The notes beneath the pieces are model-generated. The model was not told the origin of the DNA. It saw nothing but the letters and a program-made list of their open reading frames with translations, and did no database searches. 64,000 nt of DNA from Lingula anatina. Taxonomy: Eukaryota > Animalia > Brachiopoda. Position 1 is the first letter of the stretch. Every line of letters begins with the position of its first letter. This document shows positions 24,131-40,049 of the stretch, piece by piece. A program made the translations under genes and the position numbers. The stretch is from the NCBI GenBank assembly GCA_051362555.1, contig CM120641.1, forward strand, positions 31,378,401 to 31,442,400, read 5' to 3'.

Positions 24131-25569
24131 GTAATTTGTCACCTCTTACACAAACAAACTCAAATCATAATATTTGATGTTTAATGTGAGTCTAATTAGA
24201 TGTTGTGAAATTGAAAAAAAAATATTGTAGATAATTCTCACTCTTCGCATACAAACTGTCAGACAACTACAATTCTATCACACACTGTCAACTGTTAAGC
24301 TTATCACAGATTTTTGTTATTGCTAAGCATCATCTCTCCAAATTTCACAAATATTGAACAAGTTTTGTGAAAATTATTAATATTTAACTATTTTAAGGCA
24401 CCGCATTTTGCAGTCTTTTCAGTTTCATTTTCAATTTTCTGAATTTTATTGTCCAAAAAAAAATCTTTTTCATGAAACACAGTCAACTGATGAGCTTATC
24501 ACAGATTTTTATTATTGTTATGCATCATCTATCCAAATTTCACAAATCTTGAAAAAGATTTGTGAAAATTATTAACGTTTAACTATTTTAAGGCACCACA
24601 TTTTGCAGTCTTTTCAATGTCATTTTCCGTTTTTCTCAATTTTATTGTCCAAAAAAATCTTTTTAATGAGACACAGTCAACTGATGAGCTTATCACAGAT
24701 TTGTATTGTTGTTATGCATCATCTATCCAAATTTCACAAATATAAAACAAGATTTGTGAAAATTATTAATGTTTAACTATTTTAAGCCATGGAATTTGGC
24801 AGTCTTTTCAATGTCATTTTCAGTTTTCTCACATTTATATGCTCTGAAAAATGTTTTTCATGAGACACATTCAATTGATGAGCTTATCACAGATTTTTTT
24901 TATTGTTATGCATCATCTGTCTAAATTTCACAAATATTGAACAAGTTTTGTGAAAATTATTAACGTTTAACTATTTTAAGGCACCACATTTTGCAGTCTT
25001 TTCAATGTCATTTTCTGTTTTCTCAATTTAATTGTCCAAAAAAATCTTTTTTATGAGACACAGTCAACTGATGAGCTTATCAGAGATTTTTATTGTTGTT
25101 ATGCATCATCTATCCAAATTTCACAAATATTAGACAAGATTTGTGAAAATTATTAACGTTTAACTATTTTAAGCCATGGAATTTGGCAGTCTTTTCAATG
25201 TCATTTTCCGTTTTTCTCAATTTTATATGCTCTGAAAAATGTTTTTCATGAGCTGCAGTCAACTGATGAGCTTATCACAGATTTTTATTATTGTTATGCA
25301 TCATCTGTCCAAATTTCACAAATATTGGACAAGATTTGTGAAAATTATTAACGTTTAACTATTTCAAGCCATGGAATTTGGCAGTCTTTTCAATGTCATT
25401 TTCAGTATTTCTCAAATTTATATGTTCTGAAAATGTCCTTTTTATTAGACATAGTCAACTGTTTAGCTTAAGTTTATCAAAATTATTGTTCAACTTTTTT
25501 AATGTGGGAAATTTGTCAATTTTTAGAATTCAATTTTCACTTTTATCAAACATATTGTTCTTTTTCTAG

Positions 25570-25855
25570 GTGACCTTCTCCATACAGCGTGATGGATTTT
25601 TTGGTGAACTGATTCTTCCTGTCTGGTCAGGGCTAATTCCTATAGAAAAAACAGACAGCAAAAGACAACAGCAAGAGCGATGCTATGTCTCATCCATGTG
25701 TACAATAGATGGTATATGGCAAGCTTTAGGACATTGTCAAATGGTGTGCTAAACCCTATTCCAGAAACCGATTGTAAGGAGGAATCTGCATCTGGTATTG
25801 GTAATAAGGAGATGTCTTAAATGGGTATATATTCTTTTCCAGAGGACAATTATGG
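25570..25855 (+). repeat. Cassette core, copy 10
   Basis: TAG|GT type. Confidence 0.9.
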
Positions 25856-28262
25856 GTAATTTGTCACCTCTTACACAAACAAACTCAAATCATAATATTT
25901 GATGTTTAATGTGAGTCTAATTAGATGTTGTGAAATTGAAAAAAAAATATTGTAGATAATTCTCACTCTTCACATACAAAATGTCAGACAACTACAATTC
26001 TATCACACACTGTCAACTGTAAAGCTTATCACAGATTTTTGTTATTGCTAAGCATCATCTCTCCAAATTTCACAAATATTGAACAAGTTTTGTGAAAATT
26101 ATTAATATTTAACTATTTTAAGGCACCGCATTTTGCAGTCTTTTCAGTTTCATTTTCAATTTTCTCAATTTTATTGTCCAAAAAAAAATCTTTTTCATGA
26201 AACACAGTCAACTGATGAGCTTATCACAGATTTTTATTATTGTTATGCATCATCTATCCAAATTTCACAAATCTTGAAAAAGATTTGTGAAAATTATTAA
26301 CGTTTAACTATTTTAAGGCACCACATTTTGCAGTCTTTTCAATGTCATTTTCCGTTTTTCTTAATTTTATTGTCCAAAAAAATCTTTTTAATGAGACACA
26401 GTCAACTGATGAGCTTATCACAGATTTGTATTGTTGTTATGCATCATCTATCCAAATTTCACAAATATAAAACAAGATTTGTGAAAATTATTAATGTTTA
26501 ACTATTTTAAGCCATGGAATTTGGCAGTCTTTTCAATGTCATTTTCAGTTTTCTCACATTTATATGCTCTGAAAAATGTTTTTCATGAGACACATTCAAT
26601 TGATGAGCTTATCACAGATTTTTATTATTGTTATGCATCATCTGTCTAAATTTCACAAATATTGAACAAGATTTGTGAAAATTATTAATGTTTAACTATT
26701 TTAAGCCATGGAATTTGGCAGTCTTTTCAATGTCATTTTCAGTTTTCTCACATTTATATGCTCTGAAAAATGTTTTTTATGAGACACAGGCAACTGATGA
26801 GCTTATCACAGATTTTTATTGTGGATGTGCATCATCTATCCAAATTTCACAAACATTAGACAAGATTTGTGAAAATTATTAACGTTTAACTATTTTAAGC
26901 CATGGAATTTGGCAGTCTTTTCAATGTCATTTTCCGTTTTCTCAATTTTATTGTCCAAAAAAATCTTTTTAATGAGACACAGTCAACTTATGAGCTTATC
27001 ACAGATTTGTGTTGTTGTTATGCATCATCTATCCAAATTTCACAAATATAAAACAAGATTTGTGAAAATTATTAATGTTTAACTATTTTAAGCCATGGAA
27101 TTTGGCAGTCTTTTCAATGTCATTTTCAGTTTTCTCACATTTATATGCTCTGAAAAATGTTTTTTATGAGACACAGGCAACTGATGAGCTTATCACAGAT
27201 TTCTATTGTGGATGTGCATCATCTATCCAAATTTCACAAACATTAGACAAGATTTGTGAAAATTATTAACGTTTAACTATTTTAAGCCATGGAATTTGGC
27301 AGTCTTTTCAATGTCATTTTCCGTTTTCTCAATTTTATTGTCCAAAAAAATCTTTTTTATGAGACACAGTCAACTTATGAGCTTATCACAGATTTTTATT
27401 GTTGTTATGCATCATCTTTCCAAATTTCACAAATATTAGACAAAATTTGTGAAAATAATTAACGTTTAACTATTTTAAGCCATGGAATTTGGCAGTCTTT
27501 TCAATGTCATTTTCAGTTTTCTCACATTTATATGCTCTGAAAAATGTTTTTCATGAGACACATTCAATTGATGAGCTTATCACAGATTTTTATTATTGTT
27601 ATGCATCATCTGTCTAAATTTCACAAATATTGAACAAGTTTTGTGAAAATTATTAACGTTTAACTATTTTAAGGCACCACATTTTGCAGTCTTTTCAATG
27701 TCATTTTCTGTTTTCTCAATTTAATTGTCCAAAAAAATCTTTTTTATGAGACACAGTCAACTGATGAGCTTATCACAGATTTTTATTGTTGTTATGCATC
27801 ATCTATCCAAATTTCACAAATATTAGACAAGATTTGTGAAAATTATTAACGTTTAACTATTTTAAGCCATGGAATTTGGCAGTCTTTTCAATGTCATTTT
27901 CCGTTTTTCTCAATTTTATATGCTCTGAAAAATGTTTTTCATGAGCTGCAGTCAACTGATGAGCTTATCACAGATTTTTATTATTGTTATGCATCATCTG
28001 TCCAAATTTCACAAATATTGGACAAGATTTGTGAAAATTATTAACGTTTAACTATTTCAAGCCATGGAATTTGGCAGTCTTTTCAATGTCATTTTCAGTA
28101 TTTCTCAAATTTATATGTTCTGAAAATGTCCTTTTTATTAGACATAGTCAACTGTTTAGCTTAAGTTTATCAAAATTATTGTTCAACTTTTTTAATGTGG
28201 GAAATTTGTCAATTTTTAGAATTCAATTTTCACTTTTATCAAACATATTGTTCTTTTTCTAG

Positions 28263-28548
28263 GTGACCTTCTCCATACAGCGTGATGGATTTTTTGGTGA
28301 ACTGATTCTTCCTGTCTGGTCAGGGCTAATTCCTATAGAAAAAACAGACAGCAAAAGACAACAGCAAGAGCGATGCTATGTCTCATCCATGTGTACAATA
28401 GATGGTATATGGCAAGCTTTAGGACATTGTCAAATGGTGTGCTAAACCCTATTTCAGAAACCGATTGTAAGGAGGAATCTGCATCTGGTATTGGTAATAA
28501 GGAGATGTCTTAAATGGGTATATATTCTTTTCCAGAGGACAATTATGG
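28263..28548 (+). repeat. Cassette core, copy 11
   Basis: TAG|GT type. Confidence 0.9.
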
Positions 28549-30567
28549 GTAATTTGTCACCTCTTACACAAACAAACTCAAATCATAATATTTGATGTTT
28601 AATGTGAGTCTAATTAGATGTTGTGAAATTGAAAAAAAAATATTGTAGATAATTCTCACTCTTCGCATACAAAATGTCAGACAACTACAATTCTATCACA
28701 CACTGTCAACTGTTAAGCTTATCACAGATTTTTGTTATTGCTAAGCATCATCTCTCCAAATTTCACAAATATTGAACAAGTTTTGTGAAAATTATTAATA
28801 TTTAACTATTTTAAGGCACCGCATTTTGCAGTCTTTTCAGTTTCATTTTCAATTTTCTCAATTTTATTGTCCAAAAAAAAATCTTTTTCATGAAACACAG
28901 TCAACTGATGAGCTTATCACAGATTTTTATTATTGTTATGCATCATCTATCCAAATTTCACAAATCTTGAAAAAGATTTGTGAAAATTATTAACGTTTAA
29001 CTATTTTAAGGCACCACATTTTGCAGTCTTTTCAATGTCATTTTCCGTTTTTCTCAATTTTATTGTCCAAAAAAATCTTTTTAATGAGTCACAGTCAACT
29101 GATGAGCTTATCACAGATTTTTATTATTGTTATGCATCATCTGTCTAAATTTCACAAATATTGAACAAGATTTGTGAAAATTATTAATGTTTAACTATTT
29201 TAAGCCATGGAATTTGGCAGTCTTTTCAATGTCATTTTCAGTTTTCTCACATTTATATGCTCTGAAAAATGTTTTTTATGAGACACAGGCAACTGATGAG
29301 CTTATCACAGATTTCTATTGTGGATGTGCATCATCTATCCAAATTTCACAAACATTAGACAAGATTTGTGAAAATTATTAACGTTTAACTATTTTAAGCC
29401 ATGGAATTTGGCAGTCTTTTCAATGTCATTTTCAGTTTTCTCACATTTATATGCCCTGAAAAATGTTTTTCATGAGATGCAGTCAACTGATGAGCTTATC
29501 ACAGATTTTTATTATTGTTAAGCATCATCTCTCCAAATTTCACAAATATTGAACAGGTTTTGTGAATATTATTAACATTTAACTATTTTAAGGCACCGCA
29601 TTTTGCAGTCTTCTCAGTGTCATTTTCAATTTTCTCAAATTTATTGTCCAAAAAAATCTTTTTAATGAGACACAGTCAACTGATGAGCTTATCACAGATT
29701 TGTATTGTTGTTATGCATCATCTATCCAAATTTCACAAATATTAGACAAGATTTGTGAAAATTATTAATGTTTAACTATTTTAAGCCATGGAATTTGGCA
29801 GTCTTTTCAATGTCATTTTCAGTTTTCTCACATTTATATGCCATGAAAAATGTTTTTCATGAGATGCAGTTAACTGATGAGCTTATCACAGATTTTTATT
29901 ATTGTTAAGCATCATCTCTCCAAATTTCACAAATATTGAACTGGTTTTGTGAATATTATTAACGTTTAACTATTTTAAGGCACCGCATTTTGCAGTCTTC
30001 TCAGTGTCATTTTCAATTTTCTCAAATTTATTGTCCAAAAAAATCTTTTTAATGAGACACAGTCAACTGATGAGCTTATCACAGATTTTTATTGTTGTTA
30101 TGCATCATCTATCCAAATTTCACAAATATTAGACAAGATTTGTGAAAATTATTAACGTTTAACTATTTTAAGCCATGGAATTTGGCAGTCTTTTCAATGT
30201 CATTTTCAGTTTTCTCACATTTATATGCCCTGAAAAATGTTTTTCATGAGATGCAGTCAACTGATGAGCTTATCACAGATTTTTATTATTGTTATGCATC
30301 ATCTGTCCAAATTTCACAAATTTTGGACAAGATTTGTGAAAATTATTAACGTTTAGCTATTTCAAGCCATGGAATTTGGCAGTCTTTTCAATGTCATTTT
30401 CAGTATTTCTCAAATTTATATGTTCTGAAAATGTCCTTTTTATTAGACATAGTCAACTGTTTAGCTAAAGTTTATCAAAATTATTGTTCTACTATTTTAG
30501 TGTGGGAAATTTGTCAATATTTAGAATTTAATTTTCACTTTTATCAAACATATTGTTCTTTTTCCAG

Positions 30568-30853
30568 GTGACCTTTTCCATACAGCGTGATGGCATTTTT
30601 GGTGAACTGATTCTTCCTGTCTGGTCAGGGCTAATTCCTATAGAAAAAACAGACAGCAAAAGACAACAGCAAGAGCAATGCTATGTCTCATCCATGTGTA
30701 CAATAGATGGTATATGGCAAGCTTTAGGACATAGTCAAATGGTGTGCTAAACCCTATTCCAGAAACCGATTGTAAGGAGGAATCTGCATCTGGTATTGGT
30801 AGTAAGGAGATGTCTTAAATGGGTATATATTATTTTCCAGAGGACAATTATGG
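30568..30853 (+). repeat. Cassette core, copy 12
   Basis: CCAG|GT type. Confidence 0.9.
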
Positions 30854-33800
30854 GTAATTTGTCACCTCTTACACAAACAAACTCAAATCATAATATTTGA
30901 TGTTTAATGTGAGTCTAATTAGATGTTGTGAAATTGAAAAAAAATTATTGTAGATAATTCTCACTCTTCGCATACAAAATGTCAGACAACTACAATTCTA
31001 TCACACACTGTCAACTGTAAAGCTTATCACAGATTTTTGTTATTGTTAAGCATCATCTATCCAAATTTCACAAATATTGAACAAGTTTTGTGAAAATTAT
31101 TAATATTTAACTATTTTAAGCCATGGAATTTGGCAGTCTTTTCAATTTCATTTTCAGTTTTCTCACATTTATATGCTCTGAAAAATGATTTTCATGAGAC
31201 ACAGTCAACTGATCAGCTTATCACAGATTTGTATTATTGTTATACATCATCTGTCCAAATTTCACAAATCTTGAACAAGACTTGTGAAAATTATTAACGT
31301 TTAACTATTTTAAGGCACCGCATTTTGCATTCTTTTCAATGTCATTTTCCGTTTTCTCAATTTTATTGTCCAAAAAAATCTTTTTTATGAGACACAGTCA
31401 ACTTATGAGCTTATCACAGATTTTTATTGTTGTTATGCATCATCTTTCCAAATTTCACAAATATTAGACAAAATTTGTGAAAATAATTAACGTTTAACTA
31501 TTTTAAGCCATGGAATTTGGCAGTCGTTTCAGTGTTATTGTCAGTTTTCTCAAATTTATTGTCCAAAAAAAATCTTTTTCACAAGACACACTCAACTGCT
31601 GAGCTTATCACAGATTTTTATTGTTGTTATACATCATCTGTCCAAATTTCACAAATATTAGACAAGATTTGTGAAAATAATTTATGTTTAACTATTTTAA
31701 GGCACCTCATTTTGCAGTCTTCTCAGTGTCATTTTCAATTTTCTCAAATTTATTGTCCAAAAAAATCTTTTTAATGAGACACAGTCAACTGATGAGCTTA
31801 TCACAGATTTTTATTGTTGTTATGCATCATCTATCCAAATTTCACAAATATTAGACAAGATTTATGAAAATTATTAATGTTAAACTATTTTAAGCCATGG
31901 AATTTGGCAGTCTTTTCAATGTCATTTTCAGTTTTCTCACATTTATATGCCCTGAAAAATGATTTTCATGAGATGCAGTCAACTGATGAGCTTATCACAG
32001 ATTTTTATTATTGTTAAGCATCATCTCTCCAAATTTCACAAATATTGAACAGGTTTTGTGAATATTATTAACGTTTAACTATTTTAAGGCACCGCATTTT
32101 GAACTCTTCTCAGTGTCATTTTCAATTTTCTCAAATTTATTGTCCAAAAAATCTTTTTAATGAGACACAGTCAACTGATGAGCTTATCACAGATTTTTAT
32201 TGTTGTTATGCATCATCTATCCAAATTTCACAAATATTAGACAAGATTTGTGAAAATTATTAACGTTAAACTATTTTAAGCCATGGAATTTGGCAGTCTT
32301 TTCAATGTCATTTTCAGTTTTCTCACATTTATATGCTCTGAAAAATGTTTTTCATGAAACACAGTCAACTGATGAGCTTATCACAGATTTTTATTGTTGT
32401 TATGCATCATCTATCCAAATTTCACAAACATTAGACAAGATTTGTGAAAATTATTAACGTTAAACTATTTTAAGCCATGGAATTTGGCAGTCTTTTCAAT
32501 GTCATTTTCAGTTTTCTCACATTTATATGCCCTGAAAAATGTTTTTCATGAGATGCAGTCAACTGATGAGCTTATCACAGATTTTTATTATTGTTAAGCA
32601 TCATCTCTCCAAATTTCACAAATATTGAACAGGTTTTGTGAATATTATTAACGTTTAACTATTTTAAGGCACCGCATTTTGCAGTCTTCTCAGTGTCATT
32701 TTCAATTTTCTCAAATTTATTGTCCAAAAATATCTTTTTAATGAGACACAGTCAACTTATGAGCTTATCACAGATTTGTATTGTTGTTATGCATCATCTA
32801 TCCAAATTTCACAAATATTAAACAAGATTTGTGAAAATTATTAACGTTAAACTATTTTAAGCCATGGAATTTGGCAGTCTTTTCAATGTCATTTTCAGTT
32901 TTCTCACATTTATATGCTCTGAAAAATGTTTTTCATGAAACACAGTCAACTGATGAGCTTATCACAGATTTTTATTGTTGTTATGCATCATCTATCCAAA
33001 TTTCACAAATATTAGACAAGATTTGTGAAAATTATTAACGTTAAACTATTTTAAGCCATGGAATTTGGCAGTCTTTTCAATGTCATTTTCAGTTTTCTCA
33101 CATTTATATGCTCTGAAAAATGTTTTTCATGAAACACAGTCAACTGATGAGCTTATCACAGATTTTTATTGTTGATATGCATCATCTATCCAAATTTCAC
33201 AAACATTAGACAAGATTTGTGAAAATTATTAACGTTTAACTATTTTAAGCCATGGAATTTGGCAGTCTTTTCAATGTCATTTTCAGTTTTCTCACATTTA
33301 TATGCCCTGAAAAATGTTTTTCATGAGATGCAGTCAACTGATGAGCTTATCACAGATTTTTATTATTGTTAAGCATCATCTCTCCAAATTTCACAAATAT
33401 TGAACAGGTTTTGTGAATATTATTAACATTTAACTATTTTAAGGCACCGCATTTTGCAGTCTTCTCAGTGTCATTTTCAATTTTCTCAAATTTATTGTCC
33501 AAAAATATCTTTTTAATGAGACACAGTCAACTTATGAGCTTATCACAGATTTGTATTGTTGTTATGCATCATCTATCCAAATTTCACAAATATTAAACAA
33601 GATTTGTGAAAATTATTAACGTTAAACTATTTTAAGCCATGGAATTTGGCAGTCTTTTCAATGTCATTTTCAGTTTTCTCACATTTATATGCTCTGAAAA
33701 ATGTTTTTCATGAAACACAGTCAACTGATGAGCTTATCACAGATTTGTATTGTTGTTATGCATCATCTATCCAAATTTCACAATTATAAGACAAGATTTG

Positions 33801-34226
33801 TGAAAATTATTAACGTTTAACTATTTTAAGCCATGGAATTTGGCAGTCTTTTCAATGTCATTTTCCGTTTTTCTCAATTTTATATGCTCTGAAAAATGTT
33901 TTTCATGAGCTGCAGTCAACTGATGAGCTTATCACAGATTTTTATTATTGTTATGCATCATCTGTCCAAATTTCACAAATATTGGACAAGATTTGTGAAA
34001 ATTATTAACGTTTAACTATTTCAAGCCATGGAATTTGGCAGTCTTTTCAATGTCATTTTCAGTATTTCTCAAATTTATATGTTCTGAAAATGTCCTTTTT
34101 ATTAGACATAGTCAACTGTTTAGCTTAAGTTTATCAAAATTATTGTTCAACTTTTTTAATGTGGGAAATTTGTCAATTTTTAGAATTCAATTTTCACTTT
34201 TATCAAACATATTGTTCTTTTTCTAG

Positions 34227-34512
34227 GTGACCTTCTCCATACAGCGTGATGGATTTTTTGGTGAACTGATTCTTCCTGTCTGGTCAGGGCTAATTCCTAT
34301 AGAAAAAACAGACAGCAAAAGACAACAGCAAGAGCGATGCTATGTCTCATCCATGTGTACAATAGATGGTATATGGCAAGCTTTAGGACATTGTCAAATG
34401 GTGTGCTAAACCCTATTCCAGAAACCGATTGTAAGGAGGAATCTGCATCTGGTATTGGTAGTAAGGAGATGTCTTAAATGGGTATATATTCTTTTCCAGA
34501 GGACAATTATGG
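34227..34512 (+). repeat. Cassette core, copy 13
   Basis: TAG|GT type. Confidence 0.9.
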
Positions 34513-35562
34513 GTAATTTGTCACCATTACACAAACAAACTCAAATCATAATATTTGATGTTTAATGTGAGTCTAATTAGATGTTGTGAAATTGAAAAAA
34601 AAAATATTGTAGATAATTCTCACTCTTCGCATACAAAATGTCAATCAACTACAATTCTATCACACACTGTCAACTGTTAAGCTTATCACAGATTTTTGTT
34701 ATTGTTAAGCATCATCTCTCCAAATTTCACAAATATTGAACAAGTTTTGTGAAAATTATTAACGTTTAACTATTTTAAGCCATGGAATTTTGCTGTCTTT
34801 GCAATGTCATTTTCAGTTTTTTCACATTTATATGCTCTCAAAAATGTTTTTCATGAAACACAGTCAACTGATGAGCTTATCACAGATTTTTATTATTGTT
34901 ATGCATCATCTATCCAAATTTCACAAATCTTGAACAAGATTTGTGAAAATTATTAACGTTTAACTATTTTAAGGCACCGCATTTTGCAGTCTTTTCAATG
35001 TCATTTTCTGTTTTTTCAATTTAATTGTCCAAAAAAATCTTTTTTATGAGACACAGTCAACTGATGAGCTTATCACAGATTTTTATTGTTGTTATGCATC
35101 ATCTATCCAAATTTCACAAATATAAGACAAGATTTGTGAAAATTATTAACATTTAACTATTTTAAGCCATGGAATTTGGCAGTCTTTTCAATGTCATTTT
35201 CTGTTTTTCTCAATTTTATATGCTCTGAAAAATGTTTTTCATGAGCTGCAGTCAACTGATGAGCTTATCACAGATTTTTATTATTGTTATGCATCATCTG
35301 TCCAAATTTCACAAATATTGGACAAGATTTGTGAAAATTATTAACGTTTAACTATTTCAAGCCATGGAATTTGGCAGTCTTTTCAATGTCATTTTCAGTA
35401 TTTCTCAAATTTATATGTTCTGAAAATGTCCTTTTTATTAGACATAGTCAACTGTTTAGCTTAAGTTTATCAAAATTATTGTTCAACTTTTTTAATGTGG
35501 GAAATTTGTCAATTTTTAGAATTCAATTTTCACTTTTATCAAACATATTGTTCTTTTTCTAG

Positions 35563-35849
35563 GTGACCTTCTCCATACAGCGTGATGGATTTTTTGGTGA
35601 ATTGATTCTTCCTGTCTGGTCAGGGCTAATTCCTATACAAAAAAAAAGACAGCAAAAGACAACAGCAAGAGCGATGCTATGTCTCATCCATGTGTACAAT
35701 AGATGGTATATGGCAAGCTTTAGGACATTGTCAAATGGTGTGCTAAACCCTATTCCAGAAACCGATTGTAAGGAGGAATCTGCATCTGGTATTGGTAATA
35801 AGGAGATGTCTTAAATGGGTATATATTCTTTTCCAGAGGACAATTATGG
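35563..35849 (+). repeat. Cassette core, copy 14 (+1 nt in A-run)
   Basis: CCTATACAAAAAAAAGACAGC; TAG|GT type. Confidence 0.9.
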
Positions 35850-36901
35850 GTAATTTGTCACCTCTTACACAAACAAACTCAAATCATAATATTTGATGTT
35901 TAATGTGAGTCTAATTAGATGTTGTGAAATTGAAAAAAAAATATTGTAGATAATTCTCACTCTTCGCATACAAAATGTCAGACAACTACAATTCTATCAC
36001 ACACTGTCAACTGTAAAGCTTATCACAGATTTTTGTTATTGCTAAGCATCATCTCTCCAAATTTCACAAATATTGAACAAGTTTTGTGAAAATTATTAAT
36101 ATTTAACTATTTTAAGGCACCGCATTTTGCAGTCTTTTCAGTTTCATTTTCAATTTTCTCAATTTTATTGTCCAAAAAAAAAAATCTTTTTAATGAGACA
36201 CAGTCAACTGATGAGCTTATCACAGATTTTTATAGTTGTTATGCATCATCTATCCAAATTTCACAAAAATTAGACAAGATTTGTGAAAATTATTAACGTT
36301 TAACTATTTCAAGCCATGGAATTTGGCAGTCTTTTCAATGTCATTTTCAGTTTTCTCACATTTATATGCCCTGAAAAATGTTTTTCATGAGATGCAGTCA
36401 ACTGATGAGCTTATCACAGATTTTTATTATTGTTAAGCATCATCTGTCCAAATTTCACAAATATTGAACAAGTTTTGTGAAAATTGATAACGTTTAACTA
36501 TTTTAAGGCACCGCATTTTGCAGTCTTCTCAGTGTCATTTTCAATTTTCTCAAATTTATTGTCCAAAAAAATCTTTTAAATGAGACACAGTCAACTGATG
36601 AGCTTATCACAGATTTGTATTATTGTTATGCATCATCTATCTAAATTTCACAAATATTAGACAAGATTTGTGAAAATTATTAACGTTTAACTATTTCAAG
36701 CCATGGAATTTGGCAGTTTTTTCAATGTCATTTTCAGAATTTCTCAAATTTATATGTTCTGAAAATGTCCTTTTTATTAGACATAGTCAACTGTTTAGGT
36801 TAAGTTTATCAAAATAATTGTTCTACTATTTTAGTGTGGGAAATTTGTCAATATTTAGAATTTAATTTTCACTTTTATCAAACATATTGTTCTTTTTTCA
36901 G

Positions 36902-37187
36902 GTGACCTTTTCCATACAGCATGATGGCTTTTTTGGTGAACTGATTCTTCCTGTCTGGTCAGGGCTAATTCCTATAGAAAAAACAGACAGCAAAAGACAA
37001 CAGCAAGAGCAATGCTATGTCTCATCCATGTGTACAATAGATGGTATATGGCAAGCTTTAGGACATTGTCAAATGGTGTGCTAAACCCTATTCCAGAAAC
37101 CAATTGTAAGGAGGAATCTGCATCTGGTATTGGTAGTAAGGAGATGTCTTAAATGGGTATATATTCTTTTCCAGAGGACAATTATGG
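36902..37187 (+). repeat. Cassette core, copy 15
   Basis: TTTTTCAG|GT type. Confidence 0.9.
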
Positions 37188-38431
37188 GTAATTTGTCACC
37201 ATTACACAAACAAACTCAAATCATAATATTTGATGTTTAATGTGAGTCTAATTAGATGTTGTGAAATTGAAAAAAAAAATATTGTAGATAATTCTCACTC
37301 TTCGCATACAAAATGTCAATCAACTACAATTCTATCACACACTGTCAACTGTTAAGCTTATCACAGATTTTTTTTATTGTTAAGCATCATCTCTCCAAAT
37401 TTCACAAATATTAGACAAGATTTGTGAAAATTATTAACGTTTAACTATTTTAAGCCATGGAATTTGGCAGTCTTTTCAATGTCATTTTCAGTTTTCTCAC
37501 ATTTATATGCTCTGAAAAATGATTTTCATGAGACACAGTCAACTGATGAGCTTATCACAGATTTGTATTATTGTTATACATCATCTGTCCAAATTTCACA
37601 AATCTTGAACAAGACTTGTGAAAATTATTAATGTTTAACTATTTTAAGGCACCGCATTTTGCATTCTTTTCAATGTCATTTTCCGTTTTCTCAATTTTAT
37701 TGTCCAAAAAAATCTTTTTTATGAGACACAGTCAACTTATGAGCTTATCACAGATTTTTATTGTTGTTATGCATCATCTTTCCAAATTTCACAAATATTA
37801 GACAAAATTTGTGAAAATAATTAACGTTTAACTATTTTAAGCCATGGAATTTGGCAGTCGTTTCAGTGTTATTGTCAGTTTTCTCAAATTTATTGTCCAA
37901 AAAAAATCTTTTTCACGAGACACAGTAAACTGATGAGCTTATCACAGATTTTTATTGTTGTTATGCATCATCTATCCAAATTTCACAATTATAAGACAAG
38001 ATTTGTGAAAATTATTAACGTTTAACTATTTTAAGCCATGGAATTTGGCAGTCTTTTCAATGTCATTTTCCGTTTTTCTCAATTTTATATGCTCTGAAAA
38101 ATGTTTTTCATGAGCTGCAGTCAACTGATGAGCTTATCACAGATTTTTATTATTGTTATGCATCATCTGTCCAAATTTCACAAATATTGGACAAGATTTG
38201 TGAAAATTATTAACGTTTAACTATTTCAAGCCATGGAATTTGGCAGTCTTTTCAATGTCATTTTCAGTATTTCTCAAATTTATATGTTCTGAAAATGTCC
38301 TTTTTATTAGACATAGTCAACTGTTTAGCTTAAGTTTATCAAAATTATTGTTCAACTTTTTTAATGTGGGAAATTTGTCAATTTTTAGAATTCAATTTTC
38401 ACTTTTATCAAACATATTGTTCTTTTTCTAG

Positions 38432-38717
38432 GTGACCTTCACCATACAGCGTGATGGATTTTTTGGTGAACTGATTCTTCCTGTCTGGTCAGGGCTAATA
38501 CCTATAGAAAAAACAGACAGCAAAAGACAACAGCAAGAGCGATGCTATGTCTCATCCATGTGTACAATAGATGGTATATGGCAAGCTTTAGGACATTGTC
38601 AAATGGTGTGCTAAACCCTATTCCAGAAACCGATTGTAAGGAGGAATCTGCATCTGGTATTGGTAGTAAGGAGATGTCTTAAATGGGTATATATTCTTTT
38701 CCAGAGGACAATTATGG
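38432..38717 (+). repeat. Cassette core, copy 16
   Basis: TAG|GT type. Confidence 0.9.
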
Positions 38718-39763
38718 GTAATTTGTCACCATTACACAAACAAACTCAAATCATAATATTTGATGTTTAATGTGAGTCTAATTAGATGTTGTGAAATTGA
38801 AAAAAAAAATATTGTAGATAATTCTCACTCTTCGCATACAAAATGTCAATCAACTACAATTCTATCACACACTGTCAACTGTTAAGCTTATCACAGATTT
38901 TTGTTATTGTTAAGCATCATCTCTCCAAATTTCACAAATATTGAACAAGTTTTGTGAAAATTATTAACGTTAAACTTTTAAGCCATGGAATTTTGCTGTC
39001 TTTGCAATGTCATTTTCAGTTTTTTCACATTTATATGCTCTCAAAAATGTTTTTATGAGACACAGTCAACTGATGAGCTTATCACAGATTTTTATTATTG
39101 TTATGCATCATCTGTCCAAATTTCACAAATCTTGAACAAGATTTGTGAAAATTATTAATGTTTAACTATTTTAAGCCATGGAATTTGGCAGTCTTTTCAA
39201 TGTCATTTTCAGTTTTCTCACATTTATATGCCCTGAAAAATGTTTTTCATGAGATGCAGTCAACTGATGAGCTTATCACAGATTTTTATTATTGTTAAGC
39301 ATCATCTGTCTAAATTTCACAAATATTGAACAAGTTTTGTGAAAATTGTTAACGTTTAACTATTTTAAGGCACCGCATTTTGCAGTCTTCTCAGTGTCAT
39401 TTTCAATTTTCTCAAATTTATTGTCCAAAAAAATCTTTTAAATGAGACACAGTCAACTGATGAGCTTATCACAGATTTGTATTATTGTTATGCATCATCT
39501 ATCTAAATTTCACAAATATTAGACAAGATTTGTGAAAATTATTAACGTTTAACTATTTCAAGCCATGGAATTTGGCAGTTTTTTCAATGTCATTTTCAGA
39601 ATTTCTCAAATTTATATGTTCTGAAAATGTCCTTTTTATTAGACATAGTCAACTGTTTAGGTTAAGTTTATCAAAATAATTGTTCTACTATTTTAGTGTG
39701 GGAAATTTGTCAATATTTAGAATTTAATTTTCACTTTTATCAAACATATTGTTCTTTTTTCAG

Positions 39764-40049
39764 GTGACCTTTTCCATACAGCATGATGGCTTTTTTGGTG
39801 AACTGATTCTTCCTGTCTGGTCAGGGCTAATTCCTATAGAAAAAACAGACAACAAAAGACAACAGCAAGAGCAATGCTATGTCTCATCCATGTGTACAAT
39901 AGATGGTATATGGCAAGCTTTAGGACATTGTCAAATGGTGTGCTAAACCCTATTCCAGAAACCAATTGTAAGGAGGAATCTGCATCTGGTATTGGTAGTA
40001 AGGAGATGTCTTAAATGGGTATATATTCTTTTCCAGAGGACAATTATGG
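39764..40049 (+). repeat. Cassette core, copy 17
   Basis: TCAG|GT type. Confidence 0.9.
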